In this document: positions 1 to 9,238 of the stretch, piece by piece
How the letters are laid out: the number at the start of each line of letters is the position of its first letter
Numbering within the stretch: the stretch's first letter is position 1
Assembly (NCBI GenBank): GCA_002269645.1
Contig: NIVC01003272.1
Span: forward strand, 1,989 to 65,988
DNA length: 64,000 nt
Source: Macrostomum lignano
Lineage: Eukaryota
Direction: 5' to 3'
Position numbers and translations under genes: made by a program
Notes under the pieces: generated by a model
Database searches by the model: none
The model's input: only the letters and a program-made list of their open reading frames with translations
What the model was told of the DNA's origin: nothing

Positions 1-1700
1 TTTGAAGAAGGTTTACCACCACAGGAGAAGTTCTTTTCAAAGCTAACAGACTCTGGAATCTCTGACAAAGACTATGAGCACGCGAAGCATGTCTATAATT
101 ACTTTAATTGTCAAAAACTTCTTCCAGTATCACCTGCTTTACCTCTTCACAGATGTGTTTCTGCTGGCTGATGTGTTTGAAACCTTCAGATACACCTGGT
201 ACACAGCATATGGCCTCGATCCAGCACATTATGTGTCTCTGCCTGCCACTAGCTGGGAATCTTTGCTTAAAATGAAAAGGATCAAGATCCAGATTGGTAC
301 ATTGAACTTCTTACAGACATTGACATGTACAATTTTGTCGAATCGTCAAAGCGAGGTGGGATCTCAATTTGCCTTAACAGGTATGCAAAAGCAAACAATC
401 CCTACATTGAATCTTACAATAAGGAGCAGCCCTCAAACTACATTACTTACTTGGACGCTAATAATCTCTACGGGTGGGCGATGAGTCAAGATCTTCCAGT
501 TAGAGATTTTGGATGGCTATCAGAATCAAATAAGACTTTTCTTAGGCTGCCATTTATGAGGTTGATGTTTACATTCCACCAGAGCTTCACGACTATTTCT
601 CTGACTTTCCACCCTTCCCAGAGAACATCAAGTGCCCGAAAATAATCGAAACTCCCAATGATAATAATGGAACTTGGCACCTGTCAGGAACAGAAAAAGA
701 ACATACAGAGAAACTAACACAGAATCTAAACAACAAGACACGTTACAAAATTCATTACAAACTGCTTCAGTATTTTATCTCACTTGGTTGCAGGGTCACC
801 AAAGTTCACAGGGCTCTTACATTTACAGAGGAAGCGTGGATGAAACCCTACATTGATAAGAACACCCAGTTTAGGACCAAAGCAACCAACGACTTTGACA
901 AGAACCTCTTTAAGTTGGCAAACAACTCTGTCTATGGCAAGACTCTTGAGAATGAGCGGAAAAGAACAAACCTGAAACTTGTTACCTCATCAGAGCCTGC
1001 TGTTATTCAGGCAAATATGTCAAAGCCAATATTCAAAGAACTCCATATCTTTAATAGCTACTTAGGTGTGATCATATTTTACAAAACCAAGGTGACGCTG
1101 CGCAAGCCGATCTATACAGGTGTCACTGTTCTCGACGAATCAAAACGTCTGATGTACCAGTTCTTCTATGGCATGAAGCAGCAGTATAAGGATAAAATGA
1201 AACTCTTGTACACCGACACAGACAGTTTTATTATGGACATTCAAACAGAAGACATTTATCAGGACATGCTGCAGCAAAAAGATTTGTTTGACTTGTCTGA
1301 GTATGATGAATCTTTCAGGACACAGAATGGCGATCAAGTGTTTGACGCCACTAACAAGAAAGTGATTGGGAAAATGAAGGACGAGATTGCTGGTGACATA
1401 ATCACTGAATTCATTGGGTTGAGAGCAAAGTCCTATTTTGTAAAATGTGAGTCGTCAGACCCAATTAAAAAATCAAAGGGAATTCCGAAACGCGTGTTAG
1501 GAAGGAAATTAATGAAGCTGAATACAGAGACGCCTTGGATTGCAACAAAAAGACATCACATGAGTTCTCAAAGCTACAATCTAAAAACCATATTATTCAC
1601 ACAATTCAGCAGAAGAAGATTGGACTGTCAGGTGCAGATAACAAGAGATTCATTTTTGATGGCAATATTAACAGTCTACCGTTCGGGCACTGGAGATTAG
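1..1700 (+). pseudogene. Protein-primed family B DNA polymerase (pPolB), frameshifted, 5' part outside window
   Basis: Motifs spread over several frames: TDVFLLADVFETFR, YGLDPAHYVSLP, KRGGIS, motif A YLDANNLYGWAMS, YEVDVYIPPELHD, motif B FKLANNSVYGKT, motif C LYTDTDS, KKVIGKMKDE, FIGLRAKSY. Confidence 0.93.
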
Positions 1701-1758
1701 GTTTAGGAGGTTGAGATTAGGTTTAGGTTTAAGAGAAAGTTTAATAAACCTCATAAAA

Positions 1759-2157
1759 ATGACGACAAATAACTTTCTTGAAGATTTGGCTAACGAACTG
1801 GAAATCCCAAACTTTAGAGGAATATTTATGAGGGACACTCTGCCTGATTTTCCTCTAAGAAAAGAATGCGGCATCATGAACTTTGACACCACCCGACAAG
1901 TCAGGATCTCATTGGGTTTGCTGGGTGATTGATCCCGATCGCAAGCACAAGTGTTATTACTTCGATAGCTATGGGACGGCAGTACCAGAAGAGCTAAGAA
2001 ATTATATGAAGGGAAAAAATATAAAGAAATTTATCGCTCAGACTTTATTCTCCAAGGTCTTAGCAGTGATATTTGCGGTGAGCTGTGCATGACTGTTTTG
2101 TATGCAATGACTAAAACGCGAAAATACAAGGAAATTATTCTTACCTGTGCTTCATAA
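1759..2157 (+). pseudogene. Adenain-like (C5) cysteine maturation protease, frameshifted
   Basis: Three frames join to MTTNNFLEDL...FRGIFMRDTLP / GSHWVCW...YYFDSYG / LQGLSSDICGELC, giving the catalytic His, Asp, Gln and Cys in adenain order. Stop at 2155-2157. Confidence 0.85.
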
Positions 2158-2901
2158 GGGTTCATTGTGCATTTCTCGTCGTCCTTCTTGCGAATTTCTT
2201 TCCGACTTTCTTTCCGCATAATGTTGAAGAACTTTCTCGAGTTCATTTCTCAACTGACTCATGTCATCAGTACCGACCATGTTCAAGTTCATTCGAATTG
2301 ATTGTTCATAAAGATCCTGAATGGTTTTGAACTCATCCTCTGAAATGAACTTATCCTCGATTGCCCTTGAAATGTACCCTATGATTGATGTGTGCACCCC
2401 TGTCTCTTTTACTTGCTTCTCCTGTAGCTGCTTTAGTTTTTTTCGCCTGTTTCGCGCTAATGCTCCAGTAATTGCTGAAATAAGTCCACATGCAGCACCC
2501 ACAGAGCCGAGCGGGATTGCGATTGGGGCTGTGATGACTGGCAACGTTGAGACAGCTGCAGCAGATCCAGATAGAACAGACACAGATCCTAGAATCATAT
2601 TGCTGTAGTCGAAAAATTTACAGTGGTTGTCATAGCGCTTAATTTTCTTTGTGTTGTGGAAAATATTTTTTTCAATGTCATCTCGCATTTTTGAATCTCC
2701 ACCAATCGAAATTGTTGAGAGTTACAAGTAATGACGGGGTAAAGTCGTCTGAATATTTACAGTAGGTGCATTCAGATTCGGTGCATTCAGGCTTGGTGCC
2801 AGGTTTTGTGTGTTCGAATTCGGTGCCATTGAGTTTGGTGCTGTCGGTATTTTAGGTTCAGCGTATTGAGACTGATCGTATAGAGAATTTTGTTGGGCCA
2901 T
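2152..2901 (-). pseudogene. Polinton-associated membrane protein (Pro-rich N-terminus, hydrophobic hairpin, ISxAIEDxxISEDEF motif), one frameshift near 2745
   Basis: ATG at 2901 opens MAQQNSLYDQSQYAEPKIPTAP.... A shifted frame continues RRLYPVITCNSQQFRLVEIQKMRDDIE into ORF 2152..2688, which has about 50 hydrophobic Gly/Ala-rich residues followed by RNRRKK. Confidence 0.6.
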
Positions 2902-2935
2902 TTTTTTCCGTAGAAAAAATAAAAAAATTATAAAA

Positions 2936-3661
2936 CTATCTGGTTGAAATATCTGTTATTTTCTCTTTGGTAATTTCATCTGTAGAAATGACCGGACGAG
3001 CAGTAGATTCTGCTTCAACAGTATCAATATCAGGAAGATTGTGTACTCCCTCAAGACGACTGATTCTTCTCACCGATTTCTGCCATTCGGTAAAAACTAA
3101 GTCTACAAAGACTTTATTTGCAGTAATTCTTACTTTGATTTGATCATGCAACGCTGTTGACTGAGTCATGAACTCTTCTAAATTCCTCACTTTGCCTGTG
3201 TTGGTTGCGACGTTTTCTCTAATTCTATCATGCAACGCTGTTGATTGAGTCATGAACTCTTCTACATTCCTCACTTTAACTGTGTTTGTGAAAACTCCTT
3301 CTTCAAGAATACGCATCCGCCTATCAGTGGAATTTCCCAGAAGATTAACTGTCGATGTTAACCTATTGATTTGCGAGACTGCCGAAGTTATTTCTGACCT
3401 AACTTCATTAGTTGCGTGTGCAAACTGCGCATAAAGCTTATCACTTTCAAACTTCTGCCTAGCTACTTTTATGCGGAGATCTTCTATGTTTATCTGTAGC
3501 TGGTGCATGGAGCGCTCTAATTGTTTCGGTCTGTTTTTATTCAGTTTGATCTCTAAGATCTTTTCGTCGCTGTTGATATATCGCCTGTCAAGGATGGATA
3601 TTTGAGCTGATGTAAGAGTGCTGTTGCCAGAAATGGATTCACCTGCAAAATTGATAGACAT
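2936..3661 (-). CDS. Coiled-coil protein of the viral element (fibre/spike candidate), 241 aa
   Basis: Intact ORF between viral genes. Heptad-like composition and an internal duplication (KVRNVEEFMTQSTALHD / KVRNLEEFMTQSTALHD). Confidence 0.6.
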   Translation of the reverse strand: MSINFAGESISGNSTLTSAQISILDRRYINSDEKILEIKLNKNRPKQLERSMHQLQINIEDLRIKVARQKFESDKLYAQFAHATNEVRSEITSAVSQINRLTSTVNLLGNSTDRRMRILEEGVFTNTVKVRNVEEFMTQSTALHDRIRENVATNTGKVRNLEEFMTQSTALHDQIKVRITANKVFVDLVFTEWQKSVRRISRLEGVHNLPDIDTVEAESTARPVISTDEITKEKITDISTR

Positions 3662-3677
3662 CTTTTAATAGCAAATT

Positions 3678-4478
3678 TTAAATTACAGTTCTTTTTTCCT
3701 TGTTGATCATGACAAACTGATATGGTTGGTTCCACTTTTCGCAGCAGAGGTTAACGAATTCCTCTTGGGAAATCTTTCTGCTTGAGTTTTTTGTTGGATT
3801 TATAAAATAGGCTGGCGCAATGACCTCATTGTAAAATCTTTTTAGCCTATCCTGTGGAATTGTTGGAAACAGGAGAATCAGATTGCAGTTCCCACGAATT
3901 GTTTTGTTCGGGAGCTCGAACCAGTTTTGTGCAATGTAAATTACATTACAATTGTTATGTCGTCCTCTTGTAAAATAGTTTTCTATCTGCTTCTGTGGGC
4001 CTGCCATACAATCATCAAAGACAATCAAATGCTTTCTCCCTTTTTCTAGCTCATCTGGTTGGGGTAGAAGTTTGGTCTTTGGATCAGCCTGTGGATCTCC
4101 ATAGGTGAACACTTTGGTGTTCTGCCATTTTTCATTGTCTTTAAGGTGCTTTGCATATTCAGCAGCTACAATTTCTGGGTTACTGGGAAGGTTTTATTGG
4201 TTATTAAAACATTGAATAATGTCCTCTTTGTTCAGTTTGTTTTGCAATCCAGAAATCAACATTTTATACTCATCTTGATACAGTGTGGGAGAGTAGATGT
4301 GCAGAGTGTCATAGTCGATAAAGCCAGGTCTAAGAAACATGTTAAAGACTCTAAATGTTTTACCTGAACCTGATGAACCAACAACAATGCATCTGAAGTG
4401 ACTCGGGATTGACTCGTGATGAGAAAACTTAATCTGATTACGCGTCCAGTGAGGATTGAAGTCGTTTGAAAAGTCCAT
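3678..4478 (-). pseudogene. A32/FtsK-like genome packaging ATPase, frameshifted
   Basis: Walker A CIVVGSSGSGKT (ORF 4194..4514), and Walker B LIVFDD, TRGRH and IYIAQ (ORF 3678..4112). ATG at 4478. Confidence 0.9.
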
Positions 4479-4519
4479 TTTTCCTATGATTAAAAAAATT
4501 AAATAATAAATCATTTAGA

Positions 4520-4603
4520 AGATGTGTCATTTTGGGTCGTAGATGTGTCATTTCGGGACTTAAATATGTCATTTCGGGCCTTAGATGTGTCATTTTGGGA
4601 CTA
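4520..4603. repeat. Four 21-bp direct repeats upstream of the ATPase gene
   Basis: agatgtgtcatttYggg-like units start at 4520, 4541, 4562 and 4583. Confidence 0.85.
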
Positions 4604-4645
4604 GTCTTATACTCTTACATGTCTTTTACCCTCGGAAAGTACCCT

Positions 4646-5032
4646 TTAGTCAAATTTGAAACCACTTTCTTTTTTAATGCTAGCTCTCATCTTCTCATAG
4701 ACTGCAGGGTCCACACTGTCTGGATTTGGGGCCAGCGGAGCCAGCGGGGCCAGCGGTTGAATCTCTTGTTTAGGTGTTACAGTATCCTTTATCTTTTTGG
4801 CTGCTGTGGCTACACTGCCAGCCGCTTCGGCAACGTTCTTGATGTTCTCTTTGTTCTCTCCAATGACCTTAAAAATCTTGGCCCCCTGAGCGATCAAATC
4901 GGCAAGGCCATTCCCAGAGCGTTCTTTTCTTGGATAGTGGCCTGCAGGGAAAAGTCCAGATCCACGTTTTATGAGATTAAGTTCCTCTTTGTCATAGTAT
5001 TTGTCAATGTCTTTTTCGAAAATAAGAGGCAT
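4646..5032 (-). CDS. Small putative virion core or membrane-active protein with GxG motifs
   Basis: ATG at 5032 in AAAAATG context. Sequence includes KRGSGLF, RSGNGLADLIAQGAKIFKVIG and PLAPLAPLAP. Located in the viral structural block. Confidence 0.5.
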   Translation of the reverse strand: MPLIFEKDIDKYYDKEELNLIKRGSGLFPAGHYPRKERSGNGLADLIAQGAKIFKVIGENKENIKNVAEAAGSVATAAKKIKDTVTPKQEIQPLAPLAPLAPNPDSVDPAVYEKMRASIKKESGFKFD

Positions 5033-5048
5033 TTTTACTTGAAATAAA

Positions 5049-6307
5049 TTATTTTTTGTTGAACCGCGAAAGCAGAAGCTCTCTCGCCCTCTTATCGATG
5101 TATTTTCTCTCAAGCATTTTGTCCAGGATGTTGACAAATTCTTTTCTATTCTCATCTTTCATTCCGGTCTTTGCCGCTCCTAGAAGAACCGCTACTCGCT
5201 TGTAGATTTCAGAAATTCCTTTTCCAGTTGAAGGCGGTTGGTCTTGAGGTTGTGGAGTTGGTTGGGCTTGAAGCTGCTGGGGAGGTGATGCAAAAGACTG
5301 CTCACTTTCAGAGATGGAACTGTCATGTGGCGCCTGTCTTTGTTGAGGTGTGAAAACTCTTTGCTTGATTCTGTTCATTCAATCTGGAGAGTGTTGTTCT
5401 AAGTGTTGCCAGTCTGTTGGGTGATCATTTTTATATTTAGCTACTTGAGCTGGATCTGCATTTTCCAGTTGCCTGAGTACTTGTTCTTCTGTGAAATGTT
5501 GCTGCTGTTGTGGCGGTTGTTGTGGTTGTTGTGGCAGTTGTTATGGTTGTGGTTGTTGTTGTGGTTGTGGTTGTGGTTGTTGCTGCTGTGGTTGTGGTTG
5601 TTGTGGTTGTTGTCTTATGATCTCTTCTTGATCCGGCAAACCAAACCATTGTTTAAAGTATTTGTATTTTCTAAACCTGTTCAAGACAATCCCGTTTTCA
5701 TGTAAAATTTTCAAAACACCGTCGTTCTTGAGCATAATTATGTCCCTATCGAGAGCAAAGGTAACAAGATCTTTGTAATTTTCGAACTGCTTTTTAGACG
5801 TTTTCTCTAGATTTTTAGTCATGTAATCAAGTAAAGTTTGAGTAAACTGGATTCTTTTAGTTTTTGCGCCTTTATTGATTAAAATATTTTCCTTTGTCAC
5901 TTCAATGTTGTAATCCGCCGGTTCCCCGGTAATATTTTTTCGCAGGCGCTAATTCCAAAAATATATTTTCCATCATCCAATACGGGGCCAAAAAAGTTAT
6001 CCGTCACTTTCATCTGCACCAGTTGTGCTTCTGGTTGTCCTGGTTCCTGAGCCTGTGGTTGTCCTGGTGAAGATGGGATTTTACCCAATGTGTTTTGCAA
6101 CTGGCTCTCTTGAATATCATCAACTGCTTCCTTCACAGTGTCGAGGTTTTTCTTCGCTTCTGTGTATCCGGGTTTGTGAAATTCGGTGGCTGCTTGGACA
6201 AACTCATTGTAGGATTGTTGCTCCTTATTTATTAGCCCGGTAACTCGTTTCTCTGCTTGTGCTAGCTTCTCCAATTCAGATATCTGCTGTGTACTTTTTC
6301 GCTTCAT
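5049..6307 (-). pseudogene. Polinton structural-type protein, probably one gene broken into three ORFs, with a Q/P microsatellite
   Basis: ORFs 5897..6307, 5541..5900 and 5049..5378 abut. The last two are in the same frame, separated by TAA (5541-5543) and TGA (5379-5381). Motifs FHKP, DNFFG...GKYIFG, GKGI and RVAVLLGAAKTG resemble animal Polinton proteins as I recall them. Confidence 0.5.
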
Positions 6308-6337
6308 TTCTTATTTTATTTTATTTTTAGTTAAAAA

Positions 6338-7576
6338 ATGAACGACCCACTGACACCAGTTTTCTACAAAATTAACAAGCCTATTTTGAGTGATGATAGC
6401 ACAATCAAAGCGACTCAGGTAAGAGTTCCCAGTCAGTAAAATCAGAATGAAACTAATCTTGGTCCTGGTCAAACGCTGACATTCACATACAATGGATGTT
6501 CGTCTTTGGTTAGTGTGCACAGTCTTAAGAGCGGCTTCCATATGACATTTCAATTCAAGACAAAGGTTGGTGCGGATGCGGCTCGTGCTAACGTTGACAA
6601 GCATGATGCGGATGTGGCTCTGATTAGTAACTTTTGGGCGTACATGTTCAAGGAGTTTAGTGTATCGAATGGGAGCACAGAGTTGGAGCGAATCGCCAAC
6701 TTTGGAATTGTCTATGACGCTCATTGTTTGATCGAGAATCCTGAAGGAGACATCAATGACAGTGGCTATAAAAAGAGGAAGAAGAGATACAACTATGCAT
6801 TGCAAGGTGCTGATGATGCTGCTAAGAACCCGCTGTATCGGTCTGTTGATGTATTTGTACCACTAAGATTCATGAGTGGATTCTGTAATACATTTAATCG
6901 ACTGACTAGTAACTTTAGCTACACTTTTAAGATGACTAGAGGTGATCGCAGTAGAGTGTTGTGGACTGGGGCGGATCACACAAGGATGGAGGTGAAGCTA
7001 ACCGGAATCGAGCTGTATTTGGAAGCCATTGAGCCAAAGACCGCACTAAAAGCGGATTATCTCAAGGCAATAGAGAAGGACATTGATGTTGCATACACGG
7101 CCTACATGTGTCGAGATGAGCGAAACGAAACTAGAACAAACATCTGCATTAAAGAGGGATCATGCAGCAATCCAAGGTATATTATTATTAACATGAGAAA
7201 CCCAAATAGCATTATACGCTACATGCATGGAGACGTGCGGTCCATTCAGCATGAAATCAGTGATAATCTTTACCCTGCACTGCCACAAAATGGAGATTTC
7301 AGTCAGAACAAGATTAGCAAATTTTACAGCGAGTTGGTCGACTTGGCTGTGAAAGAGAACAATGGAATTGCTATCACTGCTCTTCAATATGGAACTCTAT
7401 ATCCGATGTTTGGCGCTGATGTGGCTGCCAGACAAATGCCTACTGATAACAGCCCTGTGAATATCGTGACTAACATTGAGAGGACTGTCGCAACACCCGT
7501 GGACTTGTACATTATCTATGCATTTGAGAGGAAGGTGAAGCTTAACATGATCAACAATTCATCCAGTAAAGTTTAA
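6338..7576 (+). pseudogene. Major capsid protein (double jelly-roll/hexon-like) with one in-frame stop
   Basis: ATG at 6338 is in frame with ORF 6506..7576, with a single TAA at 6437-6439. About 412 codons. N-terminal DDSTIK and C-terminal YPMFGADVAARQ...YIIYAFERKVKL match the Polinton MCP pattern. Directly upstream of the penton-like gene. Confidence 0.75.
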
Positions 7577-7595
7577 ATATTTTTTAGGACAAAAA

Positions 7596-8458
7596 ATGGA
7601 AGCGATTGCTGAAAGACTAAATAATATTATTTCGCACTCCAAGGAGAGCATTCCTATTACAATAACTGGGCGAATTAATGACTCAAACGGGATATTTATT
7701 CAAAAATTAGAGCAGGCAATTCGCCTGGATCCAGGTGCTAATTACCATGTCTATCTTAACGACTTCACTGGTTGGTCAAACGTTACCAATGTGTCGGCAG
7801 CAAATAATAAGTTTTATTACAAATGGAAAGGTGCAGCAGCAGACCCTGTGGTATTCCATGTGAGCGCGCAAAGTGTGGATACCTACAATAACTTTCTAGA
7901 AAATGTCTTTACTAAAAGAGGCCATTTTGAGACACCTGATGCGAGTAAGCCAGAGAAGAAACTGTTCCCTGTCAAACTAACCTATGATCTCACTGTAATG
8001 AGAGTGGTCATGCAAGTTCACAAAGATGCGGAGGTTGAGTTTAAAGATGACACTTGGTATAGGGAATTGGGATTCGAGAAGAAAGTTTATAAGGCAGAAT
8101 CCGCGGCACGGACCGCCACTCAAGCATCGGGGCCGTTAGCATGGCCCGGGAAAGTGTACGCGGTTTGTTCTTAGCACCCAATATAGCAGACATTGTAAAG
8201 GGTTTGAATATTCTAATCAGAACTAATCTCAGTCTTGATTGGGTATTTAAGGGAAAGCGAACTAATATTTTGTACAACATCTCCAACTCTGTAGCTGGAG
8301 GACAGATGGTGGTAGAGAAACCCAATCCAGTGAAAAGAGTTGTATTGAGTAATAAGGAAATTCACGAGATTGTGCTACAGTTTGAGACTGAAGATGGTGT
8401 AGGTGTTGATTTCAACGGGGAAGAGTTTGTATTGACGTTGATCATTGAGAGAATGTAA
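7596..8458 (+). pseudogene. Minor capsid protein (penton, single jelly-roll), frameshift near 8150-8175
   Basis: GWSNVTNVSAANNKFYY in the 5' ORF. NILIRTNL and EIVLQFETEDGVGVDFNGE in the 3' ORF 8141..8458. Confidence 0.75.
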
Positions 8459-8492
8459 GAAATCACAATTGCTTAATGATTTCTGCAAAGTT

Positions 8493-8702
8493 TTAGTAGC
8501 TGTCGTAATCTTTTACGTAGGTTACTCCATACTTATGAAACCAGCGTCTTTGGAGAGCTAGATTAATATTAGGGACATTGATATCAATGCCGGGCCAATA
8601 TTTTCTCATGTACTCGCTGCATTCAAGTTTGCATCGGTACTTGGATTTGTAATTAGGCTCGTGCGCTTTGTAATAAGAACCTGGAGAGACAACTGGAAAC
8701 AT
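8493..8702 (-). CDS. Small hypothetical protein of the viral element (about 69 aa)
   Basis: ATG at 8702 in AAAAATG context like the other viral genes. Tyr/Lys-rich, no recognised domain. Confidence 0.4.
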   Translation of the reverse strand: MFPVVSPGSYYKAHEPNYKSKYRCKLECSEYMRKYWPGIDINVPNINLALQRRWFHKYGVTYVKDYDSY

Positions 8703-8885
8703 TTTTAGAGAAAATTTAGATTTTTTTCGGAGGATGAGCACCCTGCGCTGATGATTTAAAGTCTTAGGGATCTGGTTTCGCGTTGCGGATTGAATGTGGG
8801 GAGAAGAATGCAGATTATTTTCTGATTGTTTCGAAGATGCTATGGGTGGATGTCAGTGGATTATGTAGGACACTTGTTATGCTCT

Positions 8886-9238
8886 GATAATATAGATGGA
8901 TTTAGGGGGATTATGGATGACGTTTTGTGAGCGAGTAGGACCCTGATTCAGGGATAATATGGATGGATTTAATACGATTATGTTCGAAGTTTTCAGAGCA
9001 AGTGCGAACCCTCCCCTTTTTTCAAGATTCTGTCAGGGATAATGTGGATGGATTTAATGGGATTATGGAGGAGGTTTTGTGGGCGAGTGCGACCCCCCTT
9101 TTTTCTGATTCTGTCAGGGATAATATGGATGGATTTAGGTGGATTATGGAGGACGTTTTGTGAGCGAGTGCGACCTCCCTTTTTTTCTGATTCTGTCAGG
9201 GACAATATAGATGGATTTAATGGGATTATGGAGGAGGT
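8886..9238. repeat. About 80-bp degenerate tandem repeats, probable subterminal/TIR region of the Polinton
   Basis: Unit tctgtcagggataatatggatggattta...gagcgagtgcgaccNcccttttt occurs about 4.5 times. Confidence 0.85.

Noticed and set aside
1696-1730. TTAGGT-like repeats between polB and protease as a telomeric or terminal signal
   Set aside because: Only about four imperfect copies, internal to the element.
4532-5047. 171-aa plus-strand ORF
   Set aside because: Antisense to a better-supported viral ORF, and it starts in the 21-bp repeats.
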